Positions 13,955 to 25,394 of a stretch of DNA of 64,000 nt are shown here, in pieces (position 1 is the stretch's first letter; every line of letters begins with the position of its first letter). The notes beneath the pieces are model-generated. The model saw only the letters and a list, made by a program, of their open reading frames with translations, was not told the origin of the DNA and ran no database searches. This DNA is from Pristiophorus japonicus. Its lineage: Eukaryota. The stretch is taken from positions 175,274,001 through 175,338,000 of the forward strand of contig NC_091982.1 in the NCBI RefSeq assembly GCF_044704955.1. Reading direction: 5' to 3'. Both the position numbers and the translations under genes were made by a program.

Positions 13955-15604
13955 AGAAAAATAATGCATCCCTACTAAAGGAAAAAATAGAAGAACATCT
14001 AGAAACCAAAAATATAATAAAGAATAGTTAGCAAAGGGAAAGTCTTGCTTGGCCAACCTCATTTAATTTTTTGAAGTTAATAGAGAGAGTAAACAATGAT
14101 AATGCAGTAGCTGTAATTTATCTAGATTTTCAAAAGGCCTTTGATAAGGTACCTCACAATAAGACTGATGAACAAGGTCAGAGAATGTGGAGACAGGGGA
14201 CAAGTAGCAGAATGGATAGCCAGCTGGCTTCCAAACAGAAAGCAGAGAGTAGGGGTATAAAAGGTAGCTATTCACAGTGGCAGAAGGTGGGCAGTGGTGT
14301 TCCACAAGGATCATGCATGGACCACTGTTGTCCACAATTTATATTAACGATTTAGACTTTGGAATCAAAAACACAATTTCTAAATTTGCGGATGACACTA
14401 AATTGGGGGCAATAGTCAATACTGAGGAGAACTGCAAAAAATTTCAGGACGACATTAATAAATTTGCAGAATGAGCATATAATTGGCAATGAAGTTCAAC
14501 ACAGGTTGAGCGTCCGAAATCCGGAAATCTTGGGACTGAGGCTGTTCCGGATTCCGGATATTTCTGGATTTTGGAACGTCTTTGCCTGGGCTGAGGTAGG
14601 TGAGGTAAGGGGGCGAGGTTGAGCTGCCGAGAGCCGGGGCGAGGTCAGTCCGCCGAAGTGAGGGGGCAACAACTGGGGCGAAGTTGGGCGGGGGCAGGCC
14701 GGCGAGGTTGGTCCACCGAGGGAGTTCAGATTTCGGAACGGTTTCCGGATAACCCTGCCACGGATCTGCCCGGTGTCCGGATTCCAGAACATTCAGAATT
14801 TTGGAGCTCCGGATTTCGAACGCTCAACCTGTATTACATTTTGGTAGGAAGAATAGAGGGGCCACTTTACTTGGAGGGTGCAAATCTAGGTGCGTTAGAG
14901 GAACAAAAGGGTCTCGGAGTACAAATGTACAAATCGCTAAAAGTTGCAACACAGGTTAGTAAGGCCATAAAAAAAAACAAGCACGGGGTTTATTTCTAGA
15001 GATATAGAAGTGAAAAATAGGGAAGTTATGCAAAACCTGTATCGAACCTAGGTTAGACCACACTTGGGGTACTGCGTACAGTTCTGGTTGGCAGATTATA
15101 AAATGGATATAGAGGCACTGGAAAGGGTGCAGAGAAGATTTACAAGGATGATACCAGAAATGTGAGGGTATACATTGAGGAAAGGATGGACAGGCTGGGT
15201 CTCTTTTCTCTTGAAAAAAGGCGGCTGAGAGGTGACCTAATAGGAGGTCTTTAAAATTGACAGGTTTTGATAGAGTGGATACAGAGAGAATGTTTCCACT
15301 TGTGGGGAAGAGCATAACTAGAGGCCATCAATATAAGATAGTCACTAAGAATTGGGTAAAGAATTTTCTTCTGAATTCCCTAAGAGTGGTGAGAAAGTGG
15401 AACTCGCTACCACAGCGAGTGGTTGAAGCGAATAGTATAGATGCATTTAAGGGGAGGCTAGACAAGCATATGAAGGAGAAGGGAATAGAGGGTTATGCGG
15501 ACAGCTTTAAATGAAGAAAGATGGAAGGAGACTCGAGTGGAGCATAAACACCAGCATGGACTGGTTGGGCCGAATGGCCTGCTTCTGTGCGGTATATCCT
15601 ATAA
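13955..15604 (+). mobile_element. CR1 LINE 3' fragment nested in the Penelope element
   Basis: AVIYLDFQKAFDKVPH, SGVPQGS, YINDLDFGIKNTISKFADDTKLG and RVVRKWNSLPQRVVEA motifs; CR1 3' UTR GGGCCGAATGGCCTG. Confidence 0.9.
14502..14831. mobile_element. Tc1/mariner (pogo/Tigger-type) MITE nested in the CR1
   Basis: 24-bp TIRs CAGGTTGAGCGTCCGAAATCCGGA / TCCGGATTTCGAACGCTCAACCTG, followed by TA on the right. Confidence 0.85.
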
Positions 15605-16547
15605 TTCCCCTTTGCCGTTCTTGACATGGTCCTCGACCGTGTCCATTCTATTTCCCGCACTTCTGCTCTCATCCCTTCCCCTCCCTCCCGGAACCATGAT
15701 AGGGTTCCCCTCATCCTCACCTCTCACCCAATTAGCCTCCGTATTCAATGTATCATCCTCTGCCATTTCCGCCACCTCCAGTGTGACCCCACCACCAAAC
15801 ACATCTTCACTTCCCCTCCGCTTTCGGTATTCCGAAGAGACCACTCCGTCTGCGACACCCTGGTCCACTCCTCAATCACCCCCAACACCCCTTCCCCTGG
15901 CACCTTCTCGTGCAAACGCAGGAGATGCAACACCTGCCTGTTTACCTGCTCCCTTCCCACTGTCCAGGGTCCCAAACACTTCTTCCAGGTGAAACAGCGA
16001 TTTACTTGTACTTCTTACATATTTAGTATACTGTATTCGCTGCTCACGATGCAGTCTCGACATTTGGGAGACCAAACACTGATTTGGAGAATACCTCCAT
16101 TCAGTACGTAAGCGTGACCCCTAGCTTCCAGATGCCTGTCATTTTAATTCTCCACTCTGACCCCCACTCTGATCTCCGTGTCCTCAGCCTCTTACACTGT
16201 TCCAACGAAGCTCAACGCTAGTTCAAGGAACAGCACTTCATCTTTCGAAAAGGCACTTTACAGCCTCTGGACTCAACATTAAGTTCAACAATTTCAGATC
16301 ATAACTTCTGCCTCTTTTTTTCCCCACATGGTAGCTGCTGATTATTCTGCCATTCTCATTTACACCTCATCTAGACTCATCTTTTGTTTCTTAACTTGTC
16401 CCATTACCATCTCCTTTTGCCTTGCACCATCATCCCTTTTGTATTTTAATATCTCTTGCCTCCCATCCTATCACAGACCTTCCCTTTTGTTCTTTCCTCC
16501 CCTCCCCCTACACTTGCTTAAAAATCTGATACATCTCTAACTTTTCC

Positions 16548-16586
16548 CAGTTCTGACAAAAGGTCATCGACCTGAAATGTTAACTG
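16548..16586 (+). ncRNA. Degenerate minimal type-I hammerhead ribozyme motif in Penelope terminal repeat
   Basis: CAGTT-CTGACAA-A-AGGTC-ATC-GACCT-GAAA-TG-TT-AACTG: stem I CAGTT/AACTG, stem II AGGTC/GACCT. Core CUGANGA is mutated to CUGACAA and GAAACG to GAAAUG (CpG-type changes). Confidence 0.65.
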
Positions 16587-17461
16587 TGTTTCTCTCTCCA
16601 CAGATGCTGCCTAACCTGCTGAGTATTTCCAGCATTTTCTATTTTTATTCCACAAGGATAAACTTGCCACCTCCCTTATGTTCCCAACAACAAGTGTCAA
16701 AAAGCTTGTATCAATTTAAGTAGCACTTAGTTCTTCTTAGAAATTTGTTTGGCCAACGGTTAAAATGGTTGAGCTTCCTGGCCATAGACATATGGGGGCC
16801 AAGTTTCGGCCTGTGTTGCTCCTGTTTTTTTGGAGCAACTGATTTAGAATGGAGTATCTTAGAAATTGCAATTCTCGGCATTTAGTTTGCTCTAGTTCTA
16901 GTCAGTTAGAACAGTTTCAGTTTGGATCAGATTTTTTTTCCCCCAAAAGGGGGTATGTCTGGCCACTTACGCCCGTTTTGAAAGTTTAGGCAGTGAAAAC
17001 TTACTCCAAACTAACTTAGAATGGAGTAAGTGTAGATTTTTGTACGCTCAGAAAAACCTTGCCTACACTTAGAAAATCAGGCGTAGGTTACAAATCAGGC
17101 GTAGGGAATGGGGGGGGGGGGGGGAGGGGGGTTTAAAGGGAAGTTTACAAACATTAAACACTTCAGTTTTACAAATAAAGAGCCATCAATAATAAATGAT
17201 AAATACATCAATAAATCAATCAAAAAATTAATAAAAAATTTTTAAAAAATTTTAAAATCAATAAATAAAACATTTTCTACTTACCGACTGCAGCAGCGGG
17301 AGTCCTCCAATAGTGTGCTGGGACCCCCCACCCCTCACCCAGTGTGTCTCTGTCAGTGTCTCTATCTCTCTGTCTGTGTGTCTCTCTCTCTCACTCTCTG
17401 TCAGTGTCTGTGTTTCTGACAGCGAAGGAGGGGGGGGGGGGGGGGAGGGGGGAGAAAGGAG

Positions 17462-17828
17462 NNNNNNNNNNNNNNNNNNNNNNNNNNNNNNNNNNNNNNN
17501 NNNNNNNNNNNNNNNNNNNNNNNNNNNNNNNNNNNNNNNNNNNNNNNNNNNNNNNNNNNNNNNNNNNNNNNNNNNNNNNNNNNNNNNNNNNNNNNNNNNN
17601 NNNNNNNNNNNNNNNNNNNNNNNNNNNNNNNNNNNNNNNNNNNNNNNNNNNNNNNNNNNNNNNNNNNNNNNNNNNNNNNNNNNNNNNNNNNNNNNNNNNN
17701 NNNNNNNNNNNNNNNNNNNNNNNNNNNNNNNNNNNNNNNNNNNNNNNNNNNNNNNNNNNNNNNNNNNNNNNNNNNNNNNNNNNNNNNNNNNNNNNNNNNN
17801 NNNNNNNNNNNNNNNNNNNNNNNNNNNN
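17462..17828. other. Assembly gap (367 N)
   Basis: Run of N at the edge of a minisatellite. Confidence 1.
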
Positions 17829-18832
17829 GAGAAGGTGAGAAGGGAGGGGGAGAAGGTGAGAAGGGAGGGGGAGAAGGTGAGAAGGGAGGGGGAGAAGGTG
17901 AGAAGGGAGGGGGAGAAGGTGAGAAGGGAGGGGGAGAAGGTGAGAAGGGAGGGGGAGAAGGTGAGAAGGGAGGGGGAGAAGGTGAGAAGGGAGGGGGAGA
18001 AGGTGAGAAGGGAGGGGGAGAAGGTGAGAAGGGAGGGGGAGAAGGTGAGAAGGGAGGGGGAGAAGGTGAGAAGGGAGGGGGAGAAGGTGAGAAGGGAGGG
18101 GGAGAAGGTGAGAAGGGAGGGGGAGAAGGTGAGAAGGGAGGGGGAGAAGGTGAGAAGGGAGGGGGAGAAGGTGAGAAGGGAGGGGGAGAAGGTGAGAAGG
18201 GAGGGGGAGAAGGTGAGAAGGGAGGGGGAGAAGGTGAGAAGGGAGGGGGAGAAGGTGAGAAGGGAGGGGGAGAAGGTGAGAAGGGAGGGGGAGAAGGTGA
18301 GAAGGGAGGGGGAGAAGGTGAGAAGGGAGGGGGAGAAGGTGAGAAGGGAGGGGGAGAAGGTGAGAAGGGAGGGGGAGAAGGTGAGAAGGGAGGGGGAGAA
18401 GGTGAGAAGGGAGGGGGAGAAGGTGAGAAGGGAGGGGGAGAAGGTGAGAAGGGAGGGGGAGAAGGTGAGAAGGGAGGGGGAGAAGGTGAGAAGGGAGGGG
18501 GAGAAGGTGAGAAGGGAGGGGGAGAAGGTGAGAAGGGAGGGGGAGAAGTTGAGAAGGGAGGGGGAGAAGGTGAGAAGGGAGGGGGAGAAGGTGAGAAGGG
18601 AGGGGGAGAAGGTGAGAAGGGAGGGGGAGAAGGTGAGAAGGGAGGGGGAGAAGGTGAGAAGGGAGGGGGAGAAGGTGAGAAGGGAGGGGGAGAAGGTGAG
18701 AAGGGAGGGGGAGAAGGTGAGAAGGGAGGGGGAGAAGGTGAGAAGGGAGGGGGAGAAGGTGAGAAGGGAGGGGGAGAAGGTGAGAAGGGAGGGGGCGAAG
18801 GTGAGAAGGGAGGGGGCGAAGGTGAGAAGGGA
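17829..18832. repeat. 21-bp minisatellite (GAGAAGGTGAGAAGGGAGGGG)n, about 48 near-perfect units
   Basis: Directly visible; gives the spurious (EKVRREG)n ORF. Confidence 0.97.
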
Positions 18833-20235
18833 GGGAGGGAGAGAGGGGGAGAAGGGAGAGAGAGAGGGGGAAGAGAGGAGAGGGACGTTGAACGGGCCAG
18901 GCCCAAGACTTGATTTAAAGGTAGGTGGCCAGGGGTTGGTCAGGTCCGGAGGGGGGGGGGAGTAGAGTGGGAGTCTGTTCGGGTCCGGGGGCGGGGGGAG
19001 CGCAGGTCCGGTCCGGTCGGGGGGGGGTCGAGTCGGGTTGGGAGGAAGCAGGAGCTGGGCGTGGGAGGTGCAGCCTGATCCACGCAGCCCCAGTGAGGCC
19101 ATTCGGCCAGGGCTAGGGGCTGCATGCTTCGGGCCCCTCCCACACAGTTTTGGGCGCCTGGAGCTACTGCACATGCGCGCCCACTGTAGCGCGCATGTGC
19201 AGAGGTCCTGGCACTGTTTTCAGCGCAGGGACCTGGCTCCGCCCCCCACAGCTCGTGCTGCGCTGCGCCCAGCTCCAGAGGATCTGCAGGTAGCCGGAGA
19301 ATAGGTAAGTATTTTTTAAGGAGCACTTTGTGGAGCGAAAAACGGGCATCCAGGTCGGGGCTGCGCCATTCTAGGCGCGGCCCGAAACTAGGGCCCATGG
19401 CATGTAGAGCAGTTTTACTTGCAGTGACGACAGCAAGGGTCTCCAATGCAATAGAACAGGTAATTGAAATACTAGGAATGGGAAATGCTAAAAGATGGTA
19501 AGTAAGGGAACGGAACAGAGCTATGTCACAGTTGTCTTTTGGTTCCCAGCTCTGTGATCCAGCATTTCAAACAGCTGGATAATTCAACTGTCTTACTGAA
19601 GACAGAGCCGAGTTCCATAGCTAACTATACTTTCTCAACTCTGAAAAAGCAGGCTTTTAACATTTGATGAACTGACTTATGGTGATTACATTGAATTCCA
19701 TTTTTAAATTATGTGGGATTCTAATATTTTTACTCATTTTTTGGAGATAATTTTCTGCATGAAAATAAAAACCGGTGTCCATGTCAATAAATATACAAAG
19801 GCTGTTATTCCTTAAAATCAGAGCCACTGGCTCATGATTACTAAATCAGACAAATACTGTTTTTAATCATCTGGGATTCTAGGATATTTACCAAGTTTCA
19901 GGCATGGCATTCCATGACACGGACGCTTTTGTGTAAACCAAAAATGGGCAGCTCTTTGTTGATCTACATTCCAGCTGACAAATTTCTGTATGATTAGTTT
20001 CATACCTGTGCCAGAATCAACAGAAGCAGTATGTGCACTGCATAGGAAGGATGACTAATTAAGCCCATTAATGGCTTGCACAGCTCTGCCAGAAAGGTGA
20101 AGCAGTTTGCTATTAAATACAACAGAACAAGCCAACTAATTAACCCCAAATATTTTTATTCATTGCAACTCAGCAAGGCGATTTTAAATTATCATCCCAA
20201 AGTCAGGTCAGTCCTGCCCAAGAGATAATCTCATT

Positions 20236-22844
20236 GGGGTCAAGTTTCGGCCTGTGTTGCTCCTATTTTTTTGGAGCAACTAGTTTAGAATGGAGTATCT
20301 TAGAAATTGCAATTCTCGGCATTTAGTTTGCTCCATTTCCAGTGAGTTAGAACAGTTTCATTTTAGAACAGATTTTTTTTCAAAAGGGGGCATGTCCGGC
20401 CACTTATGCCTGTTTTGCAAGTTTAGGCAGTGAAAACTTAGGAGTAAGTGTAGATTTTTGTACGCTCAGAAATCAGGCGTATGGAACGAAAGATTGGGGG
20501 GTGGGGGGGGGGGGGTTTACAAACATCAAACACTTCACTTTTACAAATAAAGAGCCATCATCAATAATAAATGATAAATAAATCAATAAATAAACCAATA
20601 AATCAATCCAAATAAATTAATTTAAAAAATTATAAAAAATTAAAAATCACAATAAATAAAAAAATATTTCTACTCACCTACTGCACCACCAGGGAGAAGA
20701 GGGGGGGGGGAGAAGAGAGAAGAAGATGGCTGGGGGGGGGGGGGAGAAGAGAGAAGAAGATGGCGGGGGAGGGGGGGGGGGGGAGGAGAGAGAAGAAGAT
20801 GGCGGGGGGGGAAAGAGAAGAAGATGGCGGGGGGGGAAAGAGAAGAAGATGGCGGGGGGGGAAAGAGAAGAAGATGGCGGGGGGGGAAAGAGAAGAAGAT
20901 GGCGGGGGGGGAAAGAGAAGAAGATGGCGGGGGGGGAAAGAGAAGAAGATGGCGGGGGGGGAAAGAGAAGAAGATGGCGGGGGGGGAAAGAGAAGAAGAT
21001 GGCGGGAGGGGAAAGAGAAGAAGATGGCGGGGGGGGGAAAGAGAAGAAGATGGCGGGGGGGGAAAGAGAAGAAGATGGCGGGGGGGGAAAGAGAAGAAGA
21101 TGGCGGGGGGGGAAAGAGAAGAAGATGGCGTGGGGGGAAAGAGAAGAAGATGGCGGGGGGGGAAAGAGAAGAAGATGGCGGGGGGGGAAAGAGAAGAAGA
21201 TGGCGGGGGGGGAAAGAGAAGAAGATGGCGGGGGGGGAAAGAGAAGAAGATGGCGGGGGGGGAAAGAGAAGAAGATGGCGGGGGGGGAAAGAGAAGAAGA
21301 TGGCGGGGGGGGAAAGAGAAGAAGATGGCGGGGGGGGAAAGAGAAGAAGATGGCGGGGGGGGAAAGAGAAGAAGATGGCGGGGGGGGAAAAGAGAAGAAG
21401 ATGGCGGGGGGGGAAAGAGAAGAAGATGGCGGGAGGGGAAAGAGAAGAAGATGGCGGGGGGGGAAAGAGAAGAAGATGGCGGGGGGGGAAAGAGAAGAAG
21501 ATGGCGGGGGGGGAAAGAGAAGAAGATGGCGGGGGGGGAAAGAGAAGAAGATGGCGGGGGGGGAAAGAGAAGAAGATGGCGGGGGGGGGAAAAGAGAAGA
21601 AGATGGCGGGGGGGGGAAAGAGAAGAAGATGGCGGGGGGGGAAAGAGAAGAAGATGGCGGGGGGGGGAAAGAGAAGAAGATGGCGGGGGGGGGAAAGAGA
21701 AGAAGATGGCGGGGGGGGGAAAGAGAAGAAGATGGCGGGGGGGGAAAGAGAAGAAGATGGCGGGGGGGGAAAGAGAAGAAGATGGCGGGGGGGGAAAGAG
21801 AAGAAGATGGCGGGGGGGGAAAGAGAAGAAGATGGCGGGGGGGGGAAAGAGAAGAAGATGGCGGGGGGGGAAAGAGAAGAAGATGGCGGGGGGGGGAGAA
21901 AGAGAAGAAGATGGCGGGGGGGGGAAAGAGAAGAAGATGGCGGGGGGGGAAAGAGAAGAAGATGGCGGGGGGGGAAAGAGAAGAAGATGGCGGGGGGGGA
22001 AAGAGAAGAAGATGGCGGGGGGGGGAAAGAGAAGAAGATGGCGGGGGGGGAAAGAGAAGAAGATGGCGGGGGGGGGGAGAAAGAGAAGAAGATGGCGGGG
22101 GGGAAGAGAAGAAGATGGCGGGGGGGGGAAGAGAAGAAGATGGCGGGGGGGGAAGAGAAGAAGATGGCGGGGGGGGAAGAGAAGAAGATGGCGGGGGGGG
22201 GAAGAGAAGAAGATGGCGGGGGGGGAAAGAGAAGAAGATGGCGGGGGGGGAAAGAGAAGATGATGGCTGGGGGGGGGCGAAGAGAAGGGGGGGTGAGAGA
22301 AGAGACAGGGGGGAAGAGAAGAAAGAAGATGGGGGGGGAAGGGAGAAGAGAAGATGATGGGGGGTGAGGGAGGGAGAAGAGAAGAAGATGGCGGGGGGGG
22401 GGGGAAGAAGAGAAGATTGGGGGGGGGGGGGGGGGGGCGGGAAAAGAGAGAGAGAGAGAAGACGACGACGAAGCCGGGCCCCGCCGAGGACTTCGGGCAG
22501 GGCCCGCCCCCAGCGAGAGGCCGGCCGGATGGGCGGGCCCCGCTGCCGAAGTAAGATGCGCAGGCCACTTGGCCAGGGATAGGGGCGACGTCCCTTCGGC
22601 CTGGGATGTGGTCGTCGTCCCAGAGACAGGACGCCGACGGCTACTGCGCACGCGCGCTGCTGCCGGCACTGTTTATGGCACAGGGCTGTAGCTCCACCCC
22701 CAGCAGCTGCGCAGTGCCGAGGTGGAAATAGGCCTACAGCTATCTGAGTATCGCGAGGTAAGTATTCAGCGCAATTTTTGTTCTATAAATTAGGCGGGCC
22801 TCTCCGCTGTAAGCCGTTCAAGCGGGCGGCCAAAACTTGACCCC
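20236..22844. mobile_element. Non-autonomous PIF/Harbinger-like element, copy 2
   Basis: TIRs GGGGTCAAGTTTCGG / CCAAAACTTGACCCC, flanks ATT / GTT; left arm homologous to copy 1. Confidence 0.85.
20700..22400. repeat. ~25-bp minisatellite (GAAAGAGAAGAAGATGGCGGGGGGG)n, more than 60 units
   Basis: Directly visible; G-run length varies and the units degenerate at both ends. Confidence 0.97.
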
Positions 22845-23545
22845 GTTATAGTGGACAACCGTTTAAGCAACTTCTGCTGTAGTAATTATCAAAATCATGA
22901 AAGGAAACAATTTCAACAAAATATCAGTCATTATCTAAGAGACTTTGTTTCATTATTGGAATCAAGCTGCATTTCAGGTGATTTTTGTGGATACAATCGG
23001 ACTACTAATCGAGTGCAGCCTAACTGGTTGATCCTTTTTAACATGACCTGATCATCCCAAGCTTTACCAGAATTACTGCATCAATGATCAGCTTAGCACA
23101 ATTGAAACAAAGCATTCCAGTACGGAACTCTTGACACCAGCTGCAAATAAACTTGCCACTTATAAAATTACTTTGGCTCTGTATAGGATATTCAATAATA
23201 AATCTGGCACATTTAAAATATGTAATATTCCCTCCACTCCAACACAGCCGTGCACTCTGGTACGCTCTTTATAAACTCCTCCACCTCGTCACCCCACTCC
23301 CCTTCTAAAACCTCCTCAAATTATACGTATTTGATGAATTCTGACAAAGGATCTCCATTCAAAATATTACGTTATACTTTCTCTTTTCAGAACTTGGCAA
23401 TCCCACATTTTATTCTTATTTCAACATGTTATTTTCCCTTTTTAATCTCCATTTTCCCCCCAATATCTGACATCTATGAAACATTGCATCTATTCACAAT
23501 CCTGCAGAAAAGCCTGCAAGGTTACTCTTCATCATGCAAACTAAC

Positions 23546-23694
23546 CTCTGCAGCAGTGAGGTCATATCCTAAGAGCATGTGGACAGAGAAAGTTACTACA
23601 CTGGCTATAACCACAACAACTGGAGCAACACCCACTGTGATGCTTTGAAAATATCCAGCATACTCCAAGTTTTGGTGTTCCTCCTCTCGGATTT
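23546..23694 (-). CDS. ABCC5: ABCC5 exon 9 (TMD1)
   Basis: (K)IREEEHQNLEYAGYFQSITVGVAPVVVVIASVVTFSVHMLLGYDLTAAE. TGCTAG| acceptor, GAG|GTTAGT donor; 149 nt. Confidence 0.96.
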
Positions 23695-23788
23695 CTAGCA
23701 AGAAAAAAAAAGTTAGAGATCAGCAAAGTGTCAGCAAAACCAAACATACATTTAAATTCAAAAATGATACTGGTAGACATGAACTATT

Positions 23789-25060
23789 GGGCTCAAGTTT
23801 CGGCTCGCGTTGCTCCTATTTTTTTGGAACAACTAGTTTAGTATGGAATATCTTAGAAATTGCAATTCTCGGCATTTAGTTTGCTCCAATTCTGGTTAGT
23901 TAGAATAGTTTCATTTTATAACAGTTTTTTTCCCCAAAAGGTGTCGTTACCAGCCACTTACGCCTGTTTTGCAAGTTTAGGCAGCGAAAACTTACTCCAA
24001 ACTAATTTAGAATGGAGTAAGTGTAGATTTTTGTATGCTCAGAAAAACCTTGCCGACACTTTATAAATTAGGTGCAGGCAGCGGGAGATGGTGGGTGGGG
24101 GGGGGGGGGGGAAGTTAGAAGGAAGTTAGGGGAACAAAGCATTAAACACTTCACTGTTAACCATAAAGATGCATAGAAACCATCATAATTTTTAAATAAT
24201 AAATGAACATTAAAATCAAGTAATAAAAATTAGAAGTCCCACCTTGCCAATTGGAGCACGCACCGGAATTGTCGTATTTTGTACCTAGACGCTTATTAAT
24301 TTAGGTGTTTATTAATTTGGTGCTTTCAGATTGCAAGATTCCATTTTTAGAATTCTAACCAATCCGAAATAAAAGCAGGGCGTTTCTCCCCCACAGATGT
24401 GGTCTTGAAGTGCCAGCTCCTTACTTTGCCGAAATCTGTGGTTGTCAGAGAATGTTCAAAGACGTGGATCCTGAGTCCAGCTCAGAGTTGTTAATATCGG
24501 GCTGGTCCCACATCTGAGCGTTTTAGTCACAAGTCCGTATCAGCCACTTACCTGGAATGTTTTCTCACAGCCAGAACATAGTCTTGTTAAATGGGGCTGT
24601 GTGTGAGTTTTCTGCCCTGTTACTGATCATCATCCCAGCAATAATCGGTGTGGGTGTTTCTAGGAAGCCCGAGTCCAGATAACTATTCAATCACATCTTC
24701 AATGCCCAGGGAGCCAATTCGGTCAGGGCTAGGGGTGGCGTGCTTCGGGCCCCTCCCACACAGCGTCGCAGAGATTCGGGCTGCGAGGAGCTACTGCACA
24801 TGCGCGCACACACTAGCACGCATGCGCAAGGCTGCCAGCACTAAAATTGATGCTGGGCCCTAGCCGCCCCCCCACCGCCCACCGGCAGTTCTTCGTCGCA
24901 ACACCTGGGCCCCGTCCCCAGCAGCGGCGCGCCGACCTGGAAAGGGCCCGAAAAATATCGGAGAATACCGAGGTTAATAATAGGCGCACTTTATGTTCCA
25001 GAAAATAGGCGTGCCTCGCGGAGGTGCGCCGTTCTGTGGGACAGCCGAAACTTGGGCCCC
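23789..25060. mobile_element. Non-autonomous PIF/Harbinger-like element, copy 3
   Basis: TIRs GGGCTCAAGTTTCGG / CCGAAACTTGGGCCCC, TSD ATT/ATT. Arms shared with copy 1 (GCTTCGGGCCCCTCCCACACAG, GAGCTACTGCACATGCGCGC). Confidence 0.85.
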
Positions 25061-25394
25061 ATTAATACTTAGAAATAGCTCTATTTGTGAAAACACATTA
25101 CTAATTAAGCCTTTGTTAATTCTGCACACAATATATCTGTAATTTCATAATTATGTCAATAAACACATGAAGAAAAGAGAAAGTATGTTGTGCACTTTGT
25201 GGAAATCATTTCAAAAGGTAGTTAATATGATGAGGAAAATCATACACAAGATCTACTAACACAAAAATTCAAGTTAACCATTTAATGATATATGGCAATA
25301 AGCTCAAAGGAACATTGATTTTCCTCATTTAAAGATTGCCTATTCATTTATATGCAGAGGTTGAAGCAAACAGGGATAATGGTTAAAAAGTTTT

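Larger units (their letters stand above)
13149..16648 (+). mobile_element. Penelope-like element (RT + GIY-YIG) with inverted terminal copy, interrupted by a CR1
   Basis: RT fragment with RYIDDCI (~13617-13637). GIY-YIG-type segment GPKHFFQVKQRFTCTS..YCIRCSRC..HLGDQ (~15970-16075). 3' terminal repeat at ~16350-16648, also present inverted at ~13155-13480. 14-bp TSD TCCACAAGGA(C/T)AAA at 13135-13148 and 16649-16662. Confidence 0.85.
16795..19396. mobile_element. Non-autonomous PIF/Harbinger-like element, copy 1
   Basis: 15-bp TIRs GGGGCCAAGTTTCGG / CCGAAACTAGGGCCC and 3-bp TSD ATG (16792-94, 19397-99). Left arm of ~490 bp is shared with copies 2 and 3. Confidence 0.85.

Noticed and set aside
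17258-19174. 500-640 aa ORFs ((EKVRREG)n, (FSPSLLT)n, (PPPFSPS)n)
   Set aside because: Translations of a stop-free 21-bp minisatellite plus an N gap; open on both strands.
17829-22400. Regular 21-25 bp repeats as a CRISPR array
   Set aside because: No unique spacers, no cas genes, vertebrate context.
20670-22669. Five overlapping 480-660 aa ORFs
   Set aside because: Minisatellite translation; G-run slippage shifts frames at random.
23500-23525. TTGCAG|GCTTTT mimic of the exon 10 acceptor just after exon 9
   Set aside because: Would need an intron of only ~32 nt, and the following sequence does not encode ABCC5; the true exon 10 is at 9049-9156.
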